Assembly (NCBI RefSeq): GCF_963921235.1
Contig: NC_086097.1
Span: forward strand, 212,600,001-212,664,000
Length of the DNA: 64,000 nt
Origin: Mobula hypostoma
Taxonomy: Eukaryota
Direction of reading: 5' to 3'
Shown: one piece after another, positions 1 to 12,146 of the stretch
Layout of the letters: each line of letters starts with the position of its first letter
Position numbering within the stretch: position 1 is the first letter of the stretch
The notes under the pieces: model-generated
Databases searched by the model: none
Told to the model about the DNA's origin: nothing
Seen by the model: the letters and a program-made list of their open reading frames with translations, nothing else
Position numbers and translations under genes: made by a program

Positions 1-1870
1 GCAAAATATTTCTTTCTAAATGCTATTATGTTAGAAATATCTTAAATATTGAAATTTTACAGTAATATACTGTCAAAAGTTCTGTTTAATTTTCCTTATT
101 CTGAACAAATGCTGAAACGAGTTTATTGTAATTCAATATTGTGTTTTAGATCAGAAATGTAAGTTTTTAAAAGATAAAAGTCTTTAAAAATACAAAAATC
201 ATGAAAATTTTATCAATATTTGTCATGATTTATTTACAAATATTCCAAAATACATGCTTTTTCTTTGCAAATGAGAACTCCATAATCTGCTATGTATTGT
301 CATTCTATTGTTATTTTCCACTCTGAATGCAATATATCCTGACTCTTAATTCTTGACAAAGAGATGAATACTAAAGAACATTAGCCATATTTAGCAAAAT
401 ATTTCTGTGTAATTCTGCCTAGATGACAAAACTAAAATAGAAGAATTAACTCCAAACTGGGCCAATGTTCACACAGTGCACTTATTTTGGTTGAAATAGC
501 TGAAGTGTCACAATGAAACTTCTTTTGTGACCTTCAGAAAATCATTAATAAGATGGACTGGGTGGTTCATAGCAAGTGGCTGATTTTACCTTTTGGCACT
601 TAAAGTTCTCATTCTCCGCTAAACAGTAAAGATTCATACTTTTCACAAACACTGGCTATTTTTTAGGTACTTAAGGTACATATAAAAGGCTTCATATATT
701 CATGTGGAAGGTACAAATGCTCTTCCACTATATGGTGCCACTATATATGGTTAGGTACGACTTGGCTTAATTTGGAAGAAGTCTGAGATAACTCTAGCCT
801 TTCTTCAGAGAGAAGTAATCTGTCAGACATTCCACTTTATTTGTTATCAAAGGCATTTCATTAGTTTTTTTTGTGTAGAAACTAAAAGCATTCTAGCAAG
901 CAATCAAATGATAATAGCTCTACTTATATTAATTTCCTCTGTTGGGGACAGCACACTGGTAAAGAATAGAACATGCATTTAACTCATTGGCAGTCAAACA
1001 ACTGTTACAAAAGGATCAATGATCTTAAACAAGTCACCAGCATTCTTATGAAACAACTGTTTATCCATGATAGCAATTTATGAGGCATAGCTTTGTTATT
1101 TTCTTAATATTATACTGAAATTACTAAACTCCCAAAGGGATCTTTGTATTACTTCCAATAGTCTCTGATACTGACCTCTCATCAAAGTAACAGAAAGCAA
1201 AGCATTGCAATTTGTCTGACCAGGACCACAATAAAAATGCATCTATTGTTACATGAAGCACCTTCTATGTTATTTTCATCTCTGTTTCTGCCAATCTCTT
1301 ATGCATCAATCCATGAAATTTCTCCTGTAACCCTTATGAAAAGATCCTAAATCTCGCAAGGTTAGTGTGGTCTTCTCAGCAGTGTAGTGACTTGGTCTTC
1401 AATTCCAGTAGAAATGCTGTTCAATGGCGGCTGAGTATCTTTACAGTGAAATTGAAAATAGCCTGAGTTTGCTATATAACTTTCAAATGTTCAGCTTATA
1501 CATCAGAGTTGCTCTGAACCAAGAAAATCTTCACAGGTGCATATTTCAGATACTGTACTGGTCCTCACTAGAGCCCAAAACATCAACACAAGCAATATGT
1601 CATGAACTCAGCCAGGAGTACAAAGAAATTTCCCTCCATGAATCAAACAGTTAGTTTATAATTGTCGTTATCCAAAAATTATGTACTGTTTACAGAAATA
1701 ATAGCTGTAAATGTTGCCTTAAAGTTTATTTCTCAGTACATGTTTTCAAACAATGCAACCTGCAAGCTTTTTGTAAGACAACAAAAACGTCTACTATTGG
1801 AGTTCATATTTTACTGTGTGTTATACTGGAAATAGCTGTTTGACCAGTTATGTCATGCTCCACAGTGACA

Positions 1871-1873
<3 letters not shown>

Positions 1874-1907
<34 letters not shown>
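1874..1907. repeat. (CA)n microsatellite
   Basis: Uninterrupted acacac run. Confidence 0.95.
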
Positions 1908-1909
<2 letters not shown>

Positions 1910-3380
1910 TGGCGTCCCTGTTTTTAATCCTAACAACAATGACCACATTGAAAAGAACATTACAGGCTGCAAACCACTTTGGAATATCTCAAGGATATGA
2001 AAGTCATTACATTTTTTAAAAAAGTTAGACTTTTTTCTTTGAAAGTAGTTATTTAAAGGTACTTGTTGATCAGCTTATTTTGTTAAATAGTTGGGTCAGA
2101 AAATACACAAGTACAGCCATCATCCTTAATTAAGTACAAGTGACATGATCTTAAAAAAATCTGTCTCCCTTCATATCATGTTTTCTAAATGAGGTGAGCA
2201 CAGATGCATCTTACTGTAATAGTAGCGACAAGTACACACTAATGAGTGTCACATATGGAGCATGGCACTGCTGATCAAACTACTACTGCTACTACAACAT
2301 GGACTGGAAAACATGAACTCCAACAGTGGACAACTCTGCTTTCTCGGCGAGAAGCCTGCAGGGTGCATTGTTCTGTTTGAAAACACATACTGAGAATTAA
2401 ATTTTGATGTACTCAACTAAATTAAAATAACAGCAATCTTTATAAATATCATTATCAATTGAACCCAGCAACACTTGCAGCTCGTGGATTCGTAAAATGT
2501 AGTTTATATATATATATTACAATTAAATACTGAACATTTTGAAATTCAGTGCTGCCATATGGTCAAAATGTTTCTGTTGTTGAGTTTTTTTTTCAGATTG
2601 TTCCTAGTTTGCATTTTGCATTAGCAATTCTTTCTTTTGTCGGTTCCTTTGTCTGCGCAAAATTGGCTGCATTCCAGATTCAAAGTAGACCCATTCATTT
2701 GCTGACCATATAACCAGTGCCATTCTAGTTCACATCAGCCTGAGAGCTAAGCTCCACAGAGAATAAAAGGCTCGTTTCACCACTGACGAATGGTGTATAT
2801 ATTTTGCTCTGTTAAAAAAGGTAATACCATGTCTGAAGCTAACAATATAACTTATAATTTCGCATTCAGGAGCAGGCAGCTGCCAAAATACTCATCACCT
2901 AAAAACTTCAATAGCTGTCAAAGCAGTCCTCACACTAAAAACTATCATCATCATCCAAAATGTGACCTATTAATTTAATAATACATGTCAACTGTAGAAG
3001 GTTCAGGAAATAGAGAACAGATTTGGATATTGCACCCCTTAAATGCAAATCATTGCATTTAGGAAATTTGACTGCAAAGCACACTATCTCTGAGGAATAA
3101 ACAAAATGAACTTATTCTTGCATTAGTTGGATTTCTACCACTGCCATTGCAAGAAAACTTAACAGTAAGCTTATCTGATTTAAACAGCTGTTACATAATA
3201 TTCATCTTACATCTAGTCTTCCCCAAGAAGTCATTGGGGATTTCTTTAAAAGTTTTAATAGAGTTTGGTTACTCTTGACTTATAATGTTATGAAGACCAT
3301 TGAAATAGAGTGGGCACATTGTCAAAGTTTGATCTTTATACATTTTTGATATACGACTTGCTTGAGAACAACATTTCAAA

Positions 3381-3459
3381 CATGAGTTCCCAATCTGGCT
3401 CCATGGACCCCTCAGTGAACGGTAGGGGTCCATTGCATAAAAAAGGTTCGGAACTCCTG
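3381..3459. mobile_element. Small hAT/Charlie-like MITE
   Basis: Termini catgagttcccaatct and aggttcggaactcctg are imperfect inverted repeats. Internal hairpin tggacccc/ggggtcca. Degenerate 8-bp flanks atttcaaa/atttagat. Confidence 0.65.
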
Positions 3460-6400
3460 ATTTAGATGAAGAACGTTACCGAGAATGGGTTAGCAATAAA
3501 ATAAATTTACTGTGGGAATTTAAATATACATCTATAAACAGTAAAATGAAATTCATAAATGAAGCAATTCTTAAACAATACAAATACAATTTTATTGTAT
3601 TAATTCTTTTAGCAAAATATTGCATTTTTGCAAATTTTAATGACTTGAAGATTCATAGCTTAAAAAATTTTAACATCATATTTTTGTTGGATTTCCTCCT
3701 TTTCAAGTCTTCAGTTATTGCTGCTTCAAAAGTTGTTCTTGGCTTCTGTAAGCTTGGAACTCAACAAAATGATGTCAGAAATACTTAGGTTTCTGGGGTG
3801 GTAATATGTTATTTAGAACTAGATTAGTTTGTTAAGTGTTCTGAGGGTCACTTTGGGCCTGACCTCTTCTGTGTGTATCAGTCAGGCAATGATGTATCAT
3901 TAACGCATAGCAGCTGTATCCCAATTGATGCCATGAGCATAACAGCTTTTTATAGCCATCAAGGGAGTGTAGATTGGGTTCTTTTATTAACCACTAAATC
4001 TGATTTTTACATTATATGACCTGTAGTTTTCTAAGTAGTCAGTTTGTTCAGATGTTAATTTTTTTTAAAGTCAATACATGCTGATACTATATTATTACCG
4101 AACCATTTTCTGTAGTTATTTGCCATATTTTGCAACAAGTTACAGGCTATTTAAAATACCAAAAATAAATGGCTTCTTACATGGTAAAGAGCGACCCTGA
4201 GCAACACACAATAGCTACTAATGATATATGGTTGACTGGAGAAAACTGCAGCCCTCACCATTTACTCAGAAAGGTCAATTTTTGCTCAGAATACTCAAAA
4301 GCTCACAAAGAAAATGATAATTTCATGAAAATAAATTGAATAAATCACCAGTCCTATATGAAATCGTGATTAAATCTGATTACAATTTCCAGGAAAGATA
4401 ATACATTGGCAAGTTAACAATTGTTTGCTCATAACCAGGAAGGCGATAAATTTTAAGAAGCGCAGTAAGTGAAAAATAATGGGCTATGAGTAACAGGTAA
4501 CAGTTCTGTTGATCATCTTGATAAATACCACAGTGCAACAATGAACTTAGCACTCAACACCTTTCCATTTGTCAGTAAATTATTTTGTGAAACAATTCAT
4601 TAATTTATGAATTATATATTTTAGTAATTCAAGTGAAGGCTCAGATAATATTAAAGATAATTGTACAGAAAAGAAAGGATACTTGCAATGCTGTAACCCA
4701 TTCCTGGGGTTCAGATAACACCATAAACCCTGAGGCATTTTATAAATGTAATCTTATACATTTAAGACTAGAAAGCAGTCTCAAATACTTAGAGTTGTCG
4801 CTTTCACTTCTTAAAACACTGGTACTTCTCACAAACAATAATAGTTCAGTGTCTTTTTCATCGTAAAATTCAGCACTAAATGCTAAGAATTTTACAAAAA
4901 CAAAGTTTGATTTACTTGATGTGCATCATTTGCCAGATGTGGCCAAATGCTCTTTGAAAGCTGTAGGTAAATCAGTTGTAATCTTTCAAAAGGCAAGAAA
5001 ATAAGAGTTCTGAAAATATGTTTGTTTTATACTGATATAAATGTACAGAAAATGCTGACCTGCTTTTAACTCAGCTTTTATTCAGTTACTTGTTTTAGCA
5101 GCATTCGTGCTACCAAAACCTAATGCTACACTTATCCTTGGGTCACTAAACTTCCCACACAAAAAAATCGTGAAATTTAGTTTTCATTATTACAAAAAAT
5201 CCTGCTTAAAAACCTCTACCACTATCAGTTTCACCAGAGATATTCACAAAAATACCCTATGTGCCGAAAATTAGCAAAGAAATTTAATTGGTAAGAATTT
5301 GCAAAATGAAACTTTTTGATGCTATCAGATGTTAAACTTGCAGTAAGCCACTTTATAACATTAACTGTATTTTAATGTATTCGTTACTGGCCCATGGTCT
5401 AAAATTAAGTAGAAATTATTACATTCCACACATTGATATTCATAAGTTGATGGTCATATAACAGTAAACATTAATGTTTAAATGAAATATCAGCTGCTTG
5501 TGTGCAGTTTTACTCTTTAGAACAGGAATAAATGGATTTGGTTTGTTCTGCTTCTGTTTGGGAATAGACACAGATCATGCATATAGCTAACTAGAGATAT
5601 CTGTTCAGGTCCTACACTCAGCTCCTGAAAGAATATCCCATGTTGAATTGTACTCTGACCTAAATACAACAACGTAGCATTAAATTTTGTCTGTTTATTC
5701 AAGAAATATCTCACACATTTGGTATTAACAGCTTTGTTTGAATTGCTCTCCTCAGTAACCACACTGATACGCTCAGAGCACTTTCCAACAGTAGATTTTA
5801 TACAGCATCAAACTATCTTCAACTAATCCAACCCCCATTACAAGCAAATACGTTATCAACGCAAGTAAACTGACACCATAATAGTTGATTCATTTTAATT
5901 GCACTCTGTCCGTCATCTAAAAAAAAACTCTTGTCAACTGAATCCAAAGCACATTTGAAAGTACAACCACTTGCTATGATGCAGACACTAACATCGGGAC
6001 AGATCACTAGTCGGAAACATTTAGTCTACTCTTACAGTAGGTGCAAAGACTACATGTAGAAAAATAATTACTGATAAAGCTGTATTCCCTGCCTAGCGAT
6101 TTAAAAAAATATAAGAAAACTATGTCTGTGTTCTAACAGTGCAAAGACATGCGAATTATCGAACCTATTCAGTCACAGTTTCCGAGACAATGAAAGGAAA
6201 TGAGTCGGAACTAGTTTATTCAGATCAGTGCAGTTTTACTACCATGCCACTCACTACTGTAAACATCCTACGATTTAAAAACTGTGGGGTGGCTGCAAAA
6301 AGCGAGGGAACCGTACATGGTCTCTCTCTAACATCCCGGCCTCAGCTTTCACTAACATGCAATACAATGCGCTTCGAAACTCATCAGTACCACCTTATTG

Positions 6401-6547
6401 TCCCCGGCCAAAAGAGCCAAGTGCCTACATAACACCACTGCGTCTCAGCCTTGCATTAGGCGGACTGCAGGTTTTGCACAAACTCCAGAAACATTCAAAC
6501 AGACACAAGAGTAACAATGCATTAAATAAAGAACTAAAGTCAATCAC

Positions 6548-6649
6548 CTTATTGCAATAGTATGGATCTAAGCAGGGTGAAGGTCCCAGGCAGGGAGTAT
6601 CAGTAGAGATGTTAGCTGGAGCAGTCTGGAGATAAAACCTCACGTCCAT
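6548..6649 (-). CDS. TOX: TOX (thymocyte selection-associated HMG box) first coding exon, 34 codons
   Basis: Translates to MDVRFYLQTAPANISTDTPCLGPSPCLDPYYCNK, matching the recalled human TOX N-terminus MDVRFYPPPAQPAAAPDAPCLGPSPCLDPYYCNK. ATG is in strong context (gaaATGG) and the exon ends in a phase-0 donor AAG|GTGATT at 6547. Confidence 0.95.
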
Positions 6650-7330
6650 TTCAAGGAAATTTGCAGTGTACACATCAAGCAGCTCCCCTTTTTTTCTGGT
6701 TTGTTCGTGAGCGCACAGAAAGAAAGAGTGAGAGTGAGAGGGAGGGAGAGAGAGAGACAGACAGACAGACAGAGAAAGAAAGAAAGAGAAGAAGCAAGAG
6801 AGGGAGGAGAGGCACCTTCCCTGCCTCACATCCGTTTGTGGTCTGCAGTGAGAGAACTCTCCAAAATAAAGCTGAGCAGCAGCCCGTAGTTTTCTGCTTC
6901 CAAAAGAAACCGCTTTGCGGTCCGGTGGTACTTGAAGGAAAATAATATATATATATTTAAAAATCAAGTCAGTAAAATAGCTTCTTTCCACGAGTTGGAG
7001 GAGATGTCTGACTTTTCTCCCTCTCCCTCACCTTAGGAAAGGAGACTGTGTAGTTTTGGTCAGCCTTTAGCTGCTCCTAAGCGCGTCCAGTGTGACACGG
7101 AGAGCAGAGCGCGAGCGGCGCCAGCCTGCACACAAAGGGAAAGGCTCGGGCCGCAGTAGCGCGCAGTGGCAGCCAGGGGGCGCATGGACTGCCCCAGGCT
7201 GACAGAGCCCCAGTCAGCGCAGCTCGGCGGCACAAAGCCGCACATTATCCTGCCTGACAAATGGTTTGTTTTGATGTTCATAAAATGAACCATTAAACAA
7301 TATGCCATCACTGTCATTCCAGGCATTATT
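6650..7330 (-). promoter_or_regulatory. TOX: TOX 5'UTR and proximal promoter
   Basis: Directly upstream of the ATG. GA/CT-rich tract at 6718-6810, AT stretch at 6943-6960, and a CpG-rich segment at ~7080-7240 in otherwise CpG-poor DNA. TSS not determinable. Confidence 0.7.
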
Positions 7331-7634
7331 AAAATGTCTTACCGCATCCCCCCACCCTAAGCCTCAGACAAAAATAAACTAATTCATTATTCTTTGCTAC
7401 AACAAGATTCTACACTCTCATATTCTGTGGCGAGCTTAGCAGCAAGTAGTGGCGATGGAAACATTACTGATTCTCAATTAGTTATTCTTTCGCAAGTTTA
7501 GTGATTCCTGGTGATCGCATAAGTAATAAAAACTTTTTGTCCCTTAATTTCCCAGGACTGAATAAGTAGTTAAGTATTAATTGCACAACTAGGTAAAGGT
7601 TACAGAAAGTTTACTGGGATCACATTGCACAATT

Positions 7635-7980
7635 TGGACAGCACAATATCACAGCTGCCTCACACCTCTAGAGAGCCGATTTCATTCTGACACCAATGCT
7701 GTCTGTGTGGAGTTTGAATGTGCTCCCTGTCACCATACGGATTTCCCTCTGGCTTCACCATTTCCTTCCTCCAACATCCCAAAGATGTGTGGATTTATAG
7801 GTTAATTGGCCACTGTAAATTGCCCCTAGTTGGATGGTCATAGAATCATAGAGTGGTAGAGTGAAGACGAAGTTGACAGCAAACATGGAGAGAGTAAAAG
7901 GGAGAGATTAGCGTAAATTTATGTTTGTTGGTGAGTGCATACTTGGTGAACTGAAGGGCCTGTTTCTGTGCGGTGACCCC
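7635..7980 (+). mobile_element. V-SINE (HE1-like), decayed
   Basis: V-domain-like tgtggagtttg...ttccttcctccaacatcccaaagatgtg...ggttaattggccactgtaaattgccccta and CR1-type tail gaagggcctgtttctgtg. Confidence 0.75.
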
Positions 7981-10900
7981 CATTCTAATTTATCACTAGG
8001 TTTATTGGATAATGTTGAATCAGCAAAACACGTTCCCTATTTACACATGGTATTTTTATGATGCTCGTGTGATTTTGCTAGGTTTCTGTAATCATCCATT
8101 TTATATAAGAGCTTTGCTTACACTTCAATCTGTTTTGCACTTCTGTATGTAGAGGTCTATAGATTTACGAAGTGTGAGCAAAAAGTTCCTATTATATTAG
8201 ACCATAAGTAAGAGGAGCAGAATTAAGCCAATTGGCCCATCCAGTCTGCTCTGCCATTTCATTATGGCTGATCCAATTTTCCTCTCAGCCCCAATCTCCT
8301 GCCTTCTCCTTCATGCCTTGACCAATCAAGAATCTCTCAACCTCTGCCTTAAACATACATAAAAACTTGGCCTCCATAGCTGCCTGCGGCAAAGAATTCT
8401 GGCTAATGGAATTCCTCTTCATCTCTGTTCTAAAAGAACGCCCCTATTCTGAGGCTGTGTTCTCTGGTCTTAGACTCTCCCTCCATAGGAAACATCCTCT
8501 CCGCATCGACTCTGTCAAGGTCTTTCACCATTCGATAGGACTCAATTAGGTTACTCCTCATTCTTCTGAATTCTAGTGAATACAGACATAGAGCCATCAA
8601 ACGCTCTTCATATGGCAAGCCATTCAATCCTGGAATCAATTTCGTAAACCTCCTTTGAATCCTCTCCAGTTTCAGCACATCCTTTCTAAGATAAGGGGCC
8701 CCAAACTGCTCACAATATTCCAAGTGAGGCCTCACCAGTGCTTTATAAAGTCTCAACATTACATCTTTGTTTTTATATTCTAGTCATCTTGAAATGAATG
8801 TGAATATGGCATTTGCCTTCATCGTCGCAGACTCAACCTGCAAATTAGCCTTTAGGGAATCTTGCAAAGGACTCCCAAATCCTCTTGCACCTCACTTTTT
8901 TGTATTTTCTCTTCGTTTAGAAAATAGTCTACCCTTTCACTTCTTCCACCAAAACACATGACCATACACTTCCCAACACTGTATTCCATCTGCCATTTCT
9001 TCATCCATTCTACTAATCTATCCAAGTCCTTGTGTAGCCTCTCCACTTCCTCAAAACTACTTGCCCCTCCACCTATCTTCATATTGCTTGCAAACTTTGC
9101 AACAAAGCCGTCAATTCCATCATCAATATCATTGACGTATAATGTAAAAATAATCAGTCCCAACACGGAACCCTGTGGGACACCACTAGTCACCGGCAGC
9201 CAGACAGAAAAGGCTCCTTTCATTCCCACTCTTCGTTGCCTGCCCATCAGCCACTGCTTTATCCCTGCTAGAATCTTTCCTGTAATACCATAGGCACATA
9301 GCTTGTTAAGCAGCCTCATGTGTGCCACCTTGTTAAAGGCTTTCAGAAGTCGACAATATGCAACAACAACCAATTCTCCTTTGTCTATCCTGCTTGTTAT
9401 TTCTTCAAAGAACTCCAACAGATTTGTCAGGCAAGATTTGCCCTTGAGGAAACCATGCTGACTACTGCCTATTTTATCATGTGCCTCACAGTACCGTGAG
9501 ACCTCATCATTAAAAATTGACTCCAACATCTTCCCAGTCACTGAGGTCAGGCTAACTAGTCTATAATTCCCTTTCTCCTGAAATCTCCCTTCTTGAAGAG
9601 AGGAGTGACATTTGCAATTTTCCTGTCTTCTGGAACCATTCCAGAATCTATTGATTCTTGAAAGATCATTACTAATGCCTCCACAATCTCTCCAACCACC
9701 TCTTTCAGAACCCTGGGGTGTACACCATCTGGTCCAAGTGACTTATCTACCTTCAGGCCTTTCAGTTTCCCAAGAAGCTTCTCTCTAGAAATAGTAACTT
9801 CGCAAACTTCATGACCTTTGACACCTGTAATCTCCACCATACTGTGTCTTCCACTGTGAAGACTGATGCAAAATACTTATTCCATTCATCCACTATTTCC
9901 TTGTCCTCATTACTACCTCTCCAATGGTCCAACATCCATTCTCGCTTCTCATTTATACTTCATATATTTGAAGAAAATGTTTGTATCCTCTTTAATATCA
10001 TTGGCTAGTTTTCTTTTGTAGTCCATCCTTATCTTCTTAATGACTTCCTTAGTTACCTTCTATTGGTTTTTAAAATCTCCCAATCCTCAAACTTCCCAGA
10101 AATTTTTGCTTTATTAGAGAAACATAGAAACATAGAAAACTCACAGCACAATACAGGCCCTTTGCCCACAAAGCTGTGCCGAACGTGTCCTTACCTGAGA
10201 AATTACCTAATGTTACCCATACCCCTCTATTTTTCTGAGCTCCATATACCTGTGCAGGAGTCTCTTAAAAGACCCTATCGTATCCGCTTCCACCACCGTT
10301 GCCGGCAGCCCATTCCATGCTCTCACCACTCTCTGCGTAAAAAACTTACCCCTGATATCTCCTCTGTACCTGCTTCCAAGCATCTTAAAACTGTGCCCTC
10401 TCGTGCTAGCTATTTCCGCCCTGGGAAAAAGCCTCTGACTACACGCACAATCAATGCTTCTCATCATCTTATACACCTCTATCAGGTCACCTCTCATCCT
10501 TTGTCGCTACAAGGAAAAAAGGCTGAGTTCATGCAACCTATTCTCTTAAGGCATGTTCCCCAATCCAGGCAACATTCTTGTAAATCTCCTCTGCACCCTT
10601 TCTATGGTTTCTACATCCTTCCTATAGTGAGGCAACCAGAAATGATACAGTACTCAAAGTGGGGTCTGACCAGGGTCCCATATAGCTGACTGGTCTATAA
10701 TTTCCTGGGCTATCCCTACTCCCTTTCTTGAATAATGGAACAACATCTGCAACCCTCCAATCCTTCGGAACCTCTCCCATCCCCATTGATGATGCAAAGA
10801 TCATTGCCAGAGGCTTAGCAATCTCCTCCCTCGCTTTCCACAGCAGCCTGGGGTACATCTCATCCGGTCCCAGTGACTTATCCAACTTGATGCTTTCCAA

Positions 10901-11654
10901 AAGCTCCTGCACATCCTTTTTCTTAATATCTACATGTTCAAGCTTTTCAGTCCGATGTAAGTCATCCCTACAATCGCCAAGATCCTTTTCCATAGTGAAT
11001 ACTGCAGTAAATTACTCATTAAGTACCTCTGCTATCTTCTCTGGTTCCATACACACATTTCCACAGTCACACCTGATTGGTCTTATTCTGTCATGTCTTA
11101 TCCTCTTGCTCTTCACATACTTGTAGAACTCCTTGGAGTTTTCCTTAATCCTGTCCGCCAAGGCCTTCTCATGGCCCCTTCTGGCTCTCCTAATTTCCTT
11201 CTTGAGCTCCTTCCTGCTAACCTTATAATCTTCCAGCTCTCTATCATTACTTAGCTTTTTGAACCTTTTGTATGCTCTTCTTTTCTTCTTGACTAGACTT
11301 ACTACAGCCTTTGTACACCACAGTTCCTGTACCCTACCATCCTATCCCTGTCTCATTGGAACGTACCTATGCAGAACTCCACGCAAATATCCCCTGAATA
11401 TTTGCCACATTTCTTCCGTACATTTCCCTGAGAACATCTGTTTCTAATTTATGCTTCTAAGTTCCTGCCTGATAGCCTCATATTTTCCCTTACTCCAATT
11501 AAACGTTTTCCTAACTTGTCTATTCCTATCCCTCTCCAATGCTATAGTAAAGGAGGTAGAGTTGTGATCACTGTCTCCAAAATGCTCTCCCACTGAGAGA
11601 TCTGACACCTGACCAGGTTCATTTCCCAATACCAGATCAAGTACAGCCTCCTCT

Positions 11655-12146
11655 ACTGTAAAGATGAAGGCACACTCAGGGTGGAGGAACAACACCTTAT
11701 ATTCCGTCTGGGTAGCCTCCAACCTGATGGCATGAACATCGACTTCTCTAACTTCCGCTAAAGCCCCACCTCCCCCTCGTACCCCATCTGTTACTTATTT
11801 TTATACACACATTCTTTCTCTCACTCTCCTTTTTCTCCCTCTGTCCCTCTGAATATACACCTTGCCCATCCTCTGGTTCCCCCCCCCCGTCTTTCTTCCC
11901 GGACCTCCTGTTCCATGATCCTCTCGTATCCCTTTTGCCAATCACCTGTCCAGCTCTTGGCTCCATCCCTCCCCCTCCTGTCTTCTCCAATCATTTTGGA
12001 TCTCCTCCTCCCCCTCCCACTTTCAAATCCCTTACTCACTCTTCCTTCAGTTAGTCCTGACGAAGGGTCTCGGCCTGAAACGTCGACTGCACCTCTTCCT
12101 AGAGAGGCTGCCTGGCCTGCTGCGTTCACCAGCAACTTTGATGTGT
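11655..12146 (+). mobile_element. Penelope-like element 3' fragment nested in CR1 'B'
   Basis: GIY-YIG C-terminal coding (EEQHLIFRLGSLQPDGMNIDFSNF), pyrimidine-rich 3'UTR, hammerhead motif, approximate TSD cagcctcctct. Confidence 0.85.
12053..12088 (+). ncRNA. Minimal type I hammerhead ribozyme motif in PLE terminus
   Basis: AGTC-CTGACGA-A-GGGT(CTCG)GCCT-GAAA-C-GTC-GACT: intact core, stem I AGUC/GACU, palindromic ACGU stem III, GUC cleavage triplet. Confidence 0.8.

Larger units (their letters stand above)
1..6547 (-). other. TOX: TOX intron 1 (5' part; continues beyond the window)
   Basis: Starts with GT right after exon 1. AT-rich, and no exon-2-like sequence (FDGENMY...) was recognised. 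Confidence 0.85.

Noticed and set aside
1424..6432. Short ORFs in TOX intron 1
   Set aside because: No recognisable homology, and lengths are compatible with chance.
6425..6991. 188-aa ORF as a complete protein
   Set aside because: It has a non-ATG start, only 6548-6649 matches TOX, and the rest is leader sequence and read-through past the splice donor.
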